Assembly: GCA_963667035.1 (NCBI GenBank)
Contig: OY762964.1
Location: forward strand, 32,001 to 96,000
Reading direction: 5' to 3'
Source of the DNA: Candidatus Cloacimonadales bacterium
Lineage (GTDB): Bacteria; Cloacimonadota; Cloacimonadia; Cloacimonadales; JAFGVF01
Length of the DNA stretch: 64,000 nt
The notes below the pieces were generated by a model. The model was not told the DNA's origin. It searched no databases and worked only from the letters and a program-made list of their open reading frames with translations. Shown here one piece after another: positions 1 to 9,316 of the stretch (its first letter is position 1; each line of letters opens with the position of its first letter). The position numbers were made by a program, and so were the translations under genes.

Positions 1-1909
1 AAATAGCATTTACAACATTGTAACTATTACCGAAACCTATAGGTTCCCAAACAAGTATCTCGCCATCTGCTAGAGAATAATCCGGTTGATAATTAATCAA
101 CGGATCCCCATATAGGAGATATGTATAAATATTCTTTTGTTCAGGCCAGACTATACCTTCGGTATCATAAGGGTCTCCAAAAAAGAAATAATTACTAAAG
201 AGTAGATTTGCGTTAGCATGAGCCATTCCTAGAGATTGATTATGAGTGTAGTAGTTCTCCATAAGATAATAATTGAGCGAATGAATTCCCCCCCACCCGG
301 GATTAATCCAGCCAATCTTATACCAACCTGTTCTGGTAGCTGTTATGGCAGCAACACCTTTCTTTTGAAGCAAGTATTGTCCAAGTGATGGTTCTCCCGG
401 ATTTGTCAGGTCAAATGCTCCGTTTAAACATGATTGGGTAAAGAAAATAGAACCATCTTGATTTGTTATGTTATTGAGCATATCAACATTGATCAGGCTA
501 TCCCAATACCGTTCATCGACAGTACAGATGTTGTTGTCATCGAAATCGTCATCCCACACTAATCTAGATGATGATGTTGGACTCCCATGAGCACCAATAC
601 ATACAAAACCAAAATCTTGAAAATTAAGAGCTGTTTGAAGATTGAGGGAATTCAAATCAAAGTCGGATGGATAGGGAGAGTTATCATAACCAAACTGCTC
701 ATACATAGTTGTCACATTATTATCTCTAAGAACTGTATTCTTAAGATATTCGGCAAAGTCGGATCCGTCAGTTCTGTTCCATCCAATCTCATAGTCTTCA
801 TTTTCAAAGTTGAACATAGCCATTGGAGTTAAGACACTATTCTTCCAGGGAGCATCGTTTTGCTCAAAATCAATTAATCTCTGCATTACTTGTGAAAGTA
901 TAACGGGATCACTGAAAGGTATTCTGCCAACATACATTTCAGGAGTAAAATCTATTTCATAGTCTTCAACACCATATTCATAGGAATATTCTCCCCAGAA
1001 ATCATCTCCATCACTATTAAAATTAGAAGTTAAATCCGAATAATAAAAGTCCGATGGAGTCATACTATCTTCATTGGGAGAAGCATTTAGATACTTAATC
1101 GGAATTGTATTAAAATCACCAATCAAAAGAAGATAGTTGTCACTTGCAGGATTAAGAGAATTTATCAGATAGTTTCTCAAAACATCAGGTGAAGTATTTC
1201 CCCCGAAATTCTCTAAAATAAAATCAATATCTCCAAAGTTTATGGTGAAGCCTTGATTCATTCTGAATGCCAGATAGTCCTGTATATTATCATATATAGC
1301 TTGGGTTGTGACTACATGCAAAGTTTGTTGTCTAGTGTTTAAAGTATTGTATTCATATGTTAACTCAGGATTTACGAAATACTCAATTGCTTTCTCTGCC
1401 AATGAAAGAGATACTATTGAATTATCTCTAGGAATGTCATTAAGCTCAATGCTAAAACTTATATTCTCAATCTTTGTAAGGACTCCATCTCTATACCTAT
1501 AGGGAGCGAATCTAAATCTAAGATAATGCAGATTATTCCAGTATCCTTCGCCCAGGTAGATTAACTGTCTGTCGATTTCAGGTTTAATTGAGGAAGAAGA
1601 CGATTTAGTGTCATCATGATAGGGTGAATTAATCTGTGGTAAGTATTCGAAGTCTTTGTTTGAAGTGGATATGTAATAATTATGCGATATTACTGATTTG
1701 TTCGGTGGAATTAATATATTTATTTGCTTGGAGGGTAACATGTATTTACCAGGGGTTGTGATTTGCCCAAAGTCTTTACTATAATTTACTACAAGTTGAT
1801 TTTTAACAATACTGATATCAGCATCAGGTACATCATAGTTAACATTAAGAGTTTCTCCGAACAAGTATCCACAAATGCCCAAAATAAATACTACACAGAG
1901 TTTCTTCAT
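1..1909 (-). CDS. C25 family (gingipain-like) cysteine peptidase, secreted; runs off the window start
   Basis: Manually translated because it is absent from the ORF track. It starts at ATG 1909 with signal peptide MKKLCVVFILGICG. It carries the C25 motifs LLLIGD, SDFYYSDL, PEMYVGRIP, the catalytic IGAHGS and TQSCLNG, and YLLYGDP. Confidence 0.85.
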   Translation of the reverse strand, partial: MKKLCVVFILGICGYLFGETLNVNYDVPDADISIVKNQLVVNYSKDFGQITTPGKYMLPSKQINILIPPNKSVISHNYYISTSNKDFEYLPQINSPYHDDTKSSSSSIKPEIDRQLIYLGEGYWNNLHYLRFRFAPYRYRDGVLTKIENISFSIELNDIPRDNSIVSLSLAEKAIEYFVNPELTYEYNTLNTRQQTLHVVTTQAIYDNIQDYLAFRMNQGFTINFGDIDFILENFGGNTSPDVLRNYLINSLNPASDNYLLLIGDFNTIPIKYLNASPNEDSMTPSDFYYSDLTSNFNSDGDDFWGEYSYEYGVEDYEIDFTPEMYVGRIPFSDPVILSQVMQRLIDFEQNDAPWKNSVLTPMAMFNFENEDYEIGWNRTDGSDFAEYLKNTVLRDNNVTTMYEQFGYDNSPYPSDFDLNSLNLQTALNFQDFGFVCIGAHGSPTSSSRLVWDDDFDDNNICTVDERYWDSLINVDMLNNITNQDGSIFFTQSCLNGAFDLTNPGEPSLGQYLLQKKGVAAITATRTGWYKIGWINPGWGGIHSLNYYLMENYYTHNQSLGMAHANANLLFSNYFFFGDPYDTEGIVWPEQKNIYTYLLYGDPLINYQPDYSLADGEILVWEPIGFGNSYNVVNAI

Positions 1910-1911
1910 TT

Positions 1912-3168
1912 TTACTCCTCGATAGGTTTACTCCCATTCTTTGTTTCTTCAACTAATAATCTAATCTGATTTTGTTGTTCTGTAAATTGTTTTAATTTGC
2001 TACCGGTAAGTTTATGAGCACCAACCATTCTCAAGTTAGTCCTCGGATTGACCCAACGACCATTTTTCTGAACTCCAAAATGTAAATGAGGGCCTGTAGA
2101 GTAACCTGTGCTTCCTAGAGTACCAATAACTCTTCCTCTACTTACTCTTTGGCCTCTTTTAACTCTTATTTTGTGTAAATGAGCATATTGAGAAATCATG
2201 CCACCCGGATGCTTTACTCTCACTTCCTTGCCATACCCTCCATTAACTCCTGCAGATATCACAACACCACTGGTCACCGTATAGACAGGAGTGCCAGTTG
2301 CTCCTGCATAATCAATACCATGATGCATTTTCCATTTCCCACTTATAGGATGAAGTCTTTTACCAAAGGGTGATGTAACACGAATCTTATTAAGAGGATA
2401 TCTAACAGCATTAGATGCTAAGGCTTCGCCTTTACTACTATACATTCCGTTAAAAGCTGAGGTTGCATCTCCATCATCATACCAGAAAGCTTCAAAACTC
2501 TTAATATGCTTACCGTGAAAAGCAACGTAAACAGGTTCGCTATATGGTAGCTGTACGCCTTTATATATTTTGTCATCAACAAGAACTTCAATCCAATCTC
2601 CAGGTTGAACACGTCCCATGTCTGCTTGAGATTCAAGGATGTTTGCTATTTTTTGTCGTACCGAACGATTAATACCGACTTTTTCTAAAGCTATGAGGAA
2701 TGTTCCTCCTGCTTCTACACTGGCTTTAAGGAAAGTATATTTTCTTTCGTAAGGTTCCTTTAACAACTGATATTCATACTCAGAGTCTTCCAGAGGCTCT
2801 TTTAAATTAAGCTTTAAATAGTGCCTAACAATTTCATTCTCGATATAGTAGAACTCAGAAATCATTTGAGCTTCGCTGTTAATCTTTATGTATAGCTCAT
2901 TTCCTGCTTTGAATCCTGACATATCAATATGTTCAGCCATTGCATTAGTAAGTTTGATAACTTTTTGATTTGGAATATGATAAGCTAAAAGTATTTGGAA
3001 AAGGCTTTCACCCGGTTGTATCACTCTTTGCTCAAAGCCTTCGTATCTGTTAACCTCTATGATTTCTTTAGCAATACTTTTCTGACGAGTAATTGAAAAA
3101 ACTATTATAAATGCAATGATTAGTACCATTCCCGCTGAGATAATCGTAATCAGCTTTCTATTTGACAT
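1912..3168 (-). CDS. M23 family metallopeptidase (MepM-like murein endopeptidase)
   Basis: Motifs HHGIDYA, YAHL and GYSTGPHLHF, with an N-terminal TM anchor. Confidence 0.92.
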   Translation of the reverse strand: MSNRKLITIISAGMVLIIAFIIVFSITRQKSIAKEIIEVNRYEGFEQRVIQPGESLFQILLAYHIPNQKVIKLTNAMAEHIDMSGFKAGNELYIKINSEAQMISEFYYIENEIVRHYLKLNLKEPLEDSEYEYQLLKEPYERKYTFLKASVEAGGTFLIALEKVGINRSVRQKIANILESQADMGRVQPGDWIEVLVDDKIYKGVQLPYSEPVYVAFHGKHIKSFEAFWYDDGDATSAFNGMYSSKGEALASNAVRYPLNKIRVTSPFGKRLHPISGKWKMHHGIDYAGATGTPVYTVTSGVVISAGVNGGYGKEVRVKHPGGMISQYAHLHKIRVKRGQRVSRGRVIGTLGSTGYSTGPHLHFGVQKNGRWVNPRTNLRMVGAHKLTGSKLKQFTEQQNQIRLLVEETKNGSKPIEE

Positions 3169-3256
3169 CTATTCTCCAAAGTAGTATATTTCTTTGTTGA
3201 CAATTTATCTTTATGTATGCTTGTCGAGGATAAATTGTTTCAACACGATAAAATAT

Positions 3257-4060
3257 ATGGCTGTTAAATTTCGTAAAGTAATAATTAGCGGGTTATACCT
3301 AGCACAGTTTGTTTTTAGGGGAGTTTTGTTAAGAGCTCTTGTTTTTGATAAGGAACTACGACATAAGATACTAGCTCGTAGTGTCCACATATCCTCACGT
3401 AGAATTCTTGACGCTTTAAATGTCAGAGTAGAGAAAGAGTGTATTCCTAATCTCGAAAACTCAAATGAGAACTACCTTATTGTATCAAATCATATCAGTT
3501 TTTTAGACATTCTTGTCATTTCCTCAATAACTCCCGTGAACTTCATAACATCCGTTGAAATGAAAAACCATCCTATTCTAGGATATCTCACAAGAATAGG
3601 AGGAAGTTTTTATACTGAAAGAAGATCGCATCACAGATTACCTGAAGAGATTGAGCTCATTACAAATAGACTAAAAGCAGGTTACAATATATGTCTTTTT
3701 CCGGAGGGAACAAGTAATGACGGACTGGAAGTCAGGCAATTCAGAAGCTCTCTTTTTGAATCAGTAGCTCAATCTGGCAAATCAATAGTACCGATCTGTC
3801 TCAAGTACACAGCTCTAGACAATCATCCATTATCTCCTGAAGATGTTAAGCGAATAGCATGGACTAATGCCCAACCTTTCCGTGAGAATCTAATGCAGAT
3901 ACTTGATCTCGAGAGTATTGATGTAAAAGTTGATATTCCTATGGTGATAAAAAGTGAAAATATAAATAGAAGAGAGCTTTGTGATATGACGCACGATATT
4001 ATCAGCAAATGTTACACAGATTTCTACAACAAGAATAAGTCCCTGATAAAATATAAGTAA
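3257..4060 (+). CDS. 1-acyl-sn-glycerol-3-phosphate / lysophospholipid acyltransferase
   Basis: NHISFLD (HxxxxD) and FPEGTS motifs. ATG 3257 is preferred over the track's TTG 3194. Confidence 0.88.
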   Translation: MAVKFRKVIISGLYLAQFVFRGVLLRALVFDKELRHKILARSVHISSRRILDALNVRVEKECIPNLENSNENYLIVSNHISFLDILVISSITPVNFITSVEMKNHPILGYLTRIGGSFYTERRSHHRLPEEIELITNRLKAGYNICLFPEGTSNDGLEVRQFRSSLFESVAQSGKSIVPICLKYTALDNHPLSPEDVKRIAWTNAQPFRENLMQILDLESIDVKVDIPMVIKSENINRRELCDMTHDIISKCYTDFYNKNKSLIKYK

Positions 4061-4103
4061 GAGCAATTTTAAGTCAATTCTTAAAGAAATTATTAAAAAA
4101 CAT

Positions 4104-4132
4104 TTGACACTCAAACCACCCCTAAATAGGTT
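4104..4132 (+). promoter_or_regulatory. sigma-70-type promoter of the tRNA cluster
   Basis: TTGACA-17 nt-TAGGTT, about 40 nt upstream of tRNA-Lys. Confidence 0.55.
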
Positions 4133-4174
4133 GTCCATACATCGCACAGCGAAGGCTTATTGATGTAACGCTAT

Positions 4175-4249
4175 GGTCCAGTAACTCAGTGGTAGAGTAT
4201 CTGCCTTTTAAGCAGAGAGTCGATGGTTCGAGCCCATCCTGGATCACCA
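4175..4249 (+). tRNA. tRNA-Lys(TTT)
   Basis: GGTCCAG/CTGGATC acceptor stem, TCTGC-CTTTTAA-GCAGA anticodon arm, GTTCGA T-loop, encoded CCA. Confidence 0.95.
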
Positions 4250-4254
4250 GAAGC

Positions 4255-4330
4255 GACCCCTTCGTCTAGTGGACTAGGACTCCAGATTTTCATTCTGGCA
4301 ACAGGGGTTCGATTCCCCTAGGGGTCGCCA
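4255..4330 (+). tRNA. tRNA-Glu(TTC)
   Basis: GACCCCT/AGGGGTC acceptor stem, CCAGA-TTTTCAT-TCTGG anticodon arm, CCA end. Confidence 0.95.
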
Positions 4331-4370
4331 CTTTTTTTGTCTAAAATATGTGGTAACCACTTTATTAAAT

Positions 4371-4446
4371 GTCCCCATCGTCTAGTGGCCTAGGACTCAG
4401 GATTCTCATTCCTGCAACGGGAGTTCGATTCTCCCTGGGGATGCCA
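4371..4446 (+). tRNA. tRNA-Glu(CTC)
   Basis: GTCCCCA/TGGGGAT acceptor stem, CAGGA-TTCTCAT-TCCTG anticodon arm, CCA end. Confidence 0.95.
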
Positions 4447-4450
4447 CTTT

Positions 4451-4473
4451 ACCGGCTGAATGCCGGTTTTTTT
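4451..4473 (+). terminator. intrinsic terminator of the tRNA operon
   Basis: ACCGGC-tgaat-GCCGGT hairpin followed by a T-tract. Confidence 0.8.
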
Positions 4474-4559
4474 ATTTCTATTAAAATACTCATTCTAACA
4501 TATTCCATTTGACAGACATTAATACATACTTATGAATAGTGCAAACAAATGGGGGTACT

Positions 4560-5789
4560 ATGAGTTCACCACAAAAATTGCAAGATGATAAAACACCAAA
4601 ATGGTTAGAGAATATACAGAATAATAGTTGGGAACCTGAGATACTAATATCGGGACTATCCATTGCTTTCTTTTTTATACTCCCGAAGTATATCTACAAT
4701 TTTACAGCCATGTTAATACAAGATTTTGGAGCTAATGTAGTCTTAACTTCAGTGCAACACGGTCTAATGATTTTCATAATTACTTCACTTCAAGTCTTAT
4801 TCCTCGGGCATTTAACTCTTAGAGGGTTCTGGGCAGGTTTAGTTGGACTTAGTTACGTTTTCCCTAATGGTGTAAGAAAAGAAGGATTGAATAAGGATTT
4901 AAAAGCTTGTAACTTTAAGAAACCGATTGATCTTGTTATTGAAGTTGAAAGGATATGTAGTCTTATCTTCTCTTTTGCATTCATGATTATCTTATATTTA
5001 ATTACTATCATGGCTATTTATGCAGTGCTGATAGTTCTTTTTATGCTATTGCATGCATTTGATTTAAACAGTGGAGAGACCCGGATAATTCAAGTAGCTT
5101 TGCTTATTTTTGTTTCAGGATCATTTCTTGTATACCAGAAAATTAAGAACAAGGCTTTTAAGAATCACATTTCGAAATCTATGACGTCAAATCTCATCTA
5201 TACGTTCTCTACTAATGTTTCCAAAAAAACAATGGTGTTGTTTCTATTGGGATATACAATCATCACCATCCCTTTGGCATACTCAAAGATTTCTAAATTC
5301 AGTTTTGATGTTAAAGATAAACAAAAGGTTAAGAAAAGTGAGATATTATTCGTCGACGAAAATAATTACATAAACACTAAAGATAATGAGTTAAGAATAC
5401 AAAGAATAGCAATTGATTCATTCTTAATAGAGAAGGATTATTTAGAACTATATATTAGCACTTATAAGAGCGATAAAATTCTGATTAAGGATATAAAAGG
5501 AAACTACGATAAGTTTAAGGAAATTATGCCTGGAATAGAGCTTGATAAGTTAGATTTTACCGGACTCTATAAGATTTACATTGATGATAAGGAAATTCTG
5601 GTAAAAGATTGGATTATAATCAAGGACAACAAGCTTTCTCAGAAATTCTTAACTTCCTATATCCCAACCGATTCTCTTAGCAATGAAATTCACACTTTGA
5701 AAGTAGATAGAGTTAAATGGAGAATAAAAGAAAAGGACTTTGTGTTAAATGAAAACTGGGCGAGTCTACCATTTAAGGTGAAGCACTAA
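4560..5789 (+). CDS. hypothetical multi-pass membrane protein with soluble C-terminal domain
   Basis: ORF of about 410 aa with several hydrophobic helices. ATG 4560 follows a GGGGG RBS-like run. Confidence 0.75.
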   Translation: MSSPQKLQDDKTPKWLENIQNNSWEPEILISGLSIAFFFILPKYIYNFTAMLIQDFGANVVLTSVQHGLMIFIITSLQVLFLGHLTLRGFWAGLVGLSYVFPNGVRKEGLNKDLKACNFKKPIDLVIEVERICSLIFSFAFMIILYLITIMAIYAVLIVLFMLLHAFDLNSGETRIIQVALLIFVSGSFLVYQKIKNKAFKNHISKSMTSNLIYTFSTNVSKKTMVLFLLGYTIITIPLAYSKISKFSFDVKDKQKVKKSEILFVDENNYINTKDNELRIQRIAIDSFLIEKDYLELYISTYKSDKILIKDIKGNYDKFKEIMPGIELDKLDFTGLYKIYIDDKEILVKDWIIIKDNKLSQKFLTSYIPTDSLSNEIHTLKVDRVKWRIKEKDFVLNENWASLPFKVKH

Positions 5790-5852
5790 TAATGATTCTT
5801 AGCTAGTTTTCATTCCGGATTTGCCAGATTTGGTCTTAAGTAGAGGAGTTGC

Positions 5853-6821
5853 ATGAAAGAATTAAAAATAAATACAAATTACAAAATAGAATTATTCTCG
5901 TTAATTGCTTTTCTATCGAATCTAAATGAACAGCATGCTGTGGACAGAAGTATTAATACATACACTAATCAACTTATAGATTCCTTCTCTCAATTTACCG
6001 GACATAAAGCAGTTCAGGAATTCCCTCTTATGTGGGAAAGAGGAATATGTTGGGATACAGTACCTTTATTAGTCTTACATCTGACTGATGATTTTGAGTT
6101 TCATTCTAATATTCCGGTAACAGAAAAACTGAAGAGTGAATACGATGGAGATTTTAATGATGCTGTCAAATATTTGAGATTAGTTAGAGATTTTGCCGAG
6201 ACGACTAACTTTAAGCAATTTTTTAAAATGCTTGGGGATGATAAAATAGTAATTCAAGCGAGAAAGAGAGCATCCGAAATACCTGTTGTTGAAATATTGG
6301 AGAAATACATTAAAATAAAGTTACCTATAGCAGAAGTAATAGTGTCAAACCTATCTTTCACTTCCTTTGGTGTAACTATTCAGACATTGGATGATAAACG
6401 TGTCTATTGTATAATTGGAAAGAAAAGCTTGGAAATGGCAATAGAGTATGACAACTTTGATAGAATTCTTTTGGGAACTATCTGGCATGAATTTTTGCAT
6501 TCGATAATAAATCCACTTACAGATAATCTTTTTGACAATCCATTTAATCTCTCCGATTCTCAAGTAGAATGGTATTGTCAATTAAATGAAAGCATAATCT
6601 GGGCAGTTTGTTTCAGGCTCTTACTAAGAATTGAAATTGTAACATGCAAATCTATTGATTGGTACTTTACTAACGCTGAAAGAAATAATGCAATAAAGGC
6701 TAGAAGTATGAATACTTTATTGGAAGAATATGAAAAATCAATTAGATTCAAGGACATTAGGAACTTCTATCCGGTTTTGATAGAAGTGATGAAACAAGAT
6801 AATAGAGTTGAAGGTATATAG
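5853..6821 (+). CDS. DUF4932-like protein with HExxH metallopeptidase motif
   Basis: IELFSLI N-terminus and WHEFLHSIINP...LNESII gluzincin-like motif, with a GAGGAG RBS. Confidence 0.6.
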   Translation: MKELKINTNYKIELFSLIAFLSNLNEQHAVDRSINTYTNQLIDSFSQFTGHKAVQEFPLMWERGICWDTVPLLVLHLTDDFEFHSNIPVTEKLKSEYDGDFNDAVKYLRLVRDFAETTNFKQFFKMLGDDKIVIQARKRASEIPVVEILEKYIKIKLPIAEVIVSNLSFTSFGVTIQTLDDKRVYCIIGKKSLEMAIEYDNFDRILLGTIWHEFLHSIINPLTDNLFDNPFNLSDSQVEWYCQLNESIIWAVCFRLLLRIEIVTCKSIDWYFTNAERNNAIKARSMNTLLEEYEKSIRFKDIRNFYPVLIEVMKQDNRVEGI

Positions 6822-6869
6822 TTAGATAATGACTATACCTATATTAAGAGATAACTAATTGGAGTGACT

Positions 6870-7292
6870 ATGTATAAAGCTAAGATGTTTGGACTTGTGA
6901 TATTTGCAATAATGTTAAACTCTTGCAGTTATAGTAGATTAGCTGATTATGATCAAAGAACTGCTGATAAGATAGTTGAAATATCTAGGATGATTAATTT
7001 ATTTTATGTCAACTTATCAGAACAACCTGTTGACGAGAGGCCATATAGCAAGTCAATTGAATCATACAATCGAGTTCAAGTGGAAATTGAAACCTTGCTA
7101 CTGATGAATCAAATGAGAGCAGACAATGAGGAATCAATTAAGCAAACCGAGAATCTCCTGACTTTATGGACAAAGTACAAGAATACCCATAAAGAGAAAG
7201 ATAAATACAGTGATGCGATGATAATGCTAAATAAAAAAGCTATGCAGAGAATAATTGTAGCAATTGCGACAGGTGAAAAGTTAAAATTATAG
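6870..7292 (+). CDS. hypothetical helical lipoprotein
   Basis: Lipobox LNSC after a hydrophobic stretch, with a GGAG RBS. A decayed paralog lies at 58901-59094. Confidence 0.8.
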   Translation: MYKAKMFGLVIFAIMLNSCSYSRLADYDQRTADKIVEISRMINLFYVNLSEQPVDERPYSKSIESYNRVQVEIETLLLMNQMRADNEESIKQTENLLTLWTKYKNTHKEKDKYSDAMIMLNKKAMQRIIVAIATGEKLKL

Positions 7293-7301
7293 GAGGAAAC
7301 T

Positions 7302-7607
7302 ATGGATTTCGAGAAAATATTCGGTGATATGCTAAATGCAATGAAGTTATCTTTAGGGGAAAATGCAACTGAAGCTTTTAGAATGTTAAAAAAGTGTACT
7401 GAAAAAAATAAAGAAGCTATCCGGGAAGCTACAACTCTTCTGGAATCAGGTGATATTAGTGTTGAAGAATTTAAGAGTATTATGAACGATAATGCTCTTG
7501 TCTTTGAATCTGAGATACAGAATCTTAGCATTGTAAAGAAGAAAGCGGTTAAAGAGGCACTTACAGCCGGTGCAAATATTATTGAGCTGGCTGTTAAAAC
7601 ATTATGA
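7302..7607 (+). CDS. hypothetical small helical protein (partner of the lipoprotein)
   Basis: AGGAGG RBS. A full-length paralog lies at 59108-59416. Confidence 0.85.
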   Translation: MDFEKIFGDMLNAMKLSLGENATEAFRMLKKCTEKNKEAIREATTLLESGDISVEEFKSIMNDNALVFESEIQNLSIVKKKAVKEALTAGANIIELAVKTL

Positions 7608-7711
7608 AACTGATATCGGTTAGAGAAGAGCCTGGTAATGCAGATAGAATTATAAAGTATTTCCAAAGCAAATGGGCAAGAAAATCCAGTTTGAAAGTAT
7701 GCGAGATTTAG
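7604..7711 (+). pseudogene. 5' fragment of a GNAT acetyltransferase, truncated at the IS1182 junction
   Basis: MKLISVREEPGNADRIIKYFQSKWARKSSLKV aligns with MELISVRERPEYKDRVIEYFQSKWASEASMKV at 59613. It has an ATGA overlap with the upstream gene. Confidence 0.8.
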
Positions 7712-9149
7712 CTCTATTTTCGTGTAAATTGGAGTTGAAAATCATGTAATTGATGATAAATTTTGCTATTAATTTCCCTAATTTACCTTTGAAAAGGTAT
7801 TTTACGAGTTTCTTGATATTTTGCACGATAGCTGTTAGATAAGCTTGTTCTCGAACTCGCTCTATTCCTCGATATTTTGCATATCGGTAGCCATGAAGTT
7901 GCTTTGCATTGGCAAAGCTTCTCTCAATGGTTTCTTTTCTCCTCTTGTATATCTCTTTCCCACATAATGTTAACCTATTCTTGTGGATTATCTCTTTGCT
8001 CTCTTCCCAGACATGACGAGTGATTACTTTTTGAGAAGACTTACTTTCTGTACATTTACTTAGCATTGGACAATTCTTGCATTCACTAGGATTCGACTTG
8101 TATTCTTTATAGCCATCACGGCTCGTTGTTCTATAATTTAACTCTTTATTACATGGACATATGTAAACATCCTTCCGGGAATTATATGTAAATTTGTTCT
8201 TTTTAAATAGACCTTTCTTACCTCCCTGTCTTTTGTAGCCAAGGACTCCCATAATATTCATATCTACCAGTTGCTTACAAATGTTAATTGTATCATATCC
8301 TGAATCAAGCCCTACTGCCTGAACATTAAAACCATAAACCTTTTGTTGGAACTGTAACCTGTCAATATAGCAGGTGCTATCATTTACATTGCCGGGAGTA
8401 ATGTGAACATCGGTTATATAGTTCGTTTTATGGTCGACTGTCCTATGATCTAAGTAGAAGAAGCCTTGAGGCTTTCTATCACGGGTCATAAAGCCACTAT
8501 CGGGATCTGTTGTGCTAGACTTGATATTTTTTACTTTAGGTGATGCTCCTCCTTTAAGATTGTTATCCTTAGGTGGTAAAGGTTTCTTACCATGAGCCTT
8601 CCGATCTTCATCAACGCTTGTGTTAAGATCTTCCAAGTAACTCTTGGAGGATACCTCAACTTCAATATCCTCGAATTTACCTTTATTAGCATTTGCCTTT
8701 AGATGGGTTGAGTCGCTATAAAGTATCTTCCCATCAACTAATCCATGTTTAATGCCTAACTTCACTATATCTATAAAAATCTCTTCGAATACGGTGCTAT
8801 CATTAAATCGCCTTCTACGATTTTGACTGAAGACTGAGTGATGAGGTACTTTATCAGTTAATCCAAAGCCTAAGAACCAACGATAAGCCACATTGACCTC
8901 TATCTCTTTGACCAATTGTCTTTCCGAGCGAATACCGAATAGATAGCCAATAAAAAGCATTTTGAAAAGAGTAATAGGATGAATTGGAGGACGACCGGTA
9001 GTAGAACAATACAAATGTGCTGTTCTATCTAAAATGAATGAAAAATCTATTACGCTATCGATTTTCCTTAGTATGTGATCTACCGGTACTAAATCATCTA
9101 TTATTACAAACTCCATTTGGGACTGTGTGTCAGAAACTTTTTTAAGCAT
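7650..9149 (-). CDS. IS1182 family DDE transposase
   Basis: DDLVPVDHILR, GRPPIHP, SERQL...NVAYRWF (DUF772), DSTHLKANA, DSGY and RKETIERSF...HGYRY. Confidence 0.93.
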   Translation of the reverse strand: MLKKVSDTQSQMEFVIIDDLVPVDHILRKIDSVIDFSFILDRTAHLYCSTTGRPPIHPITLFKMLFIGYLFGIRSERQLVKEIEVNVAYRWFLGFGLTDKVPHHSVFSQNRRRRFNDSTVFEEIFIDIVKLGIKHGLVDGKILYSDSTHLKANANKGKFEDIEVEVSSKSYLEDLNTSVDEDRKAHGKKPLPPKDNNLKGGASPKVKNIKSSTTDPDSGFMTRDRKPQGFFYLDHRTVDHKTNYITDVHITPGNVNDSTCYIDRLQFQQKVYGFNVQAVGLDSGYDTINICKQLVDMNIMGVLGYKRQGGKKGLFKKNKFTYNSRKDVYICPCNKELNYRTTSRDGYKEYKSNPSECKNCPMLSKCTESKSSQKVITRHVWEESKEIIHKNRLTLCGKEIYKRRKETIERSFANAKQLHGYRYAKYRGIERVREQAYLTAIVQNIKKLVKYLFKGKLGKLIAKFIINYMIFNSNLHENRAKSRILSNWIFLPICFGNTL

Positions 9150-9275
9150 AACCACCTCTAATTATGATGGTTTAAGTATAATCTAAGGGGGTTTTTGTCA
9201 ATGATTGATATTCTTATTTTAAGCTAAAAAAAGACAAAGCTATGAAATCTTACTCATAGCTTTGTCAACAGTCTG
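7710..9275 (-). mobile_element. IS1182-family element with left end present and right end apparently lost
   Basis: The left end CAGACTGTTGACAAA (9275-9261) contains an internal hairpin and abuts a host terminator. No matching inverted repeat is found at the transposase 3' end. Confidence 0.7.
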
Positions 9276-9302
9276 AAAGGCAACCAAAAGGTTGCCTTTT
9301 TA
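9276..9302 (-). terminator. terminator of the LamG/FlgD gene, adjacent to the IS end
   Basis: AAAGGCAACC-aaaa-GGTTGCCTTT palindrome. Confidence 0.75.
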
Positions 9303-9316
9303 GGTGATTACGTCTT

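Noticed and set aside
587..1969. Plus-strand ORFs at 587, 1308 and 1763
   Set aside because: They are antisense shadows of the C25 peptidase gene. The same applies to most short track ORFs nested in long genes.
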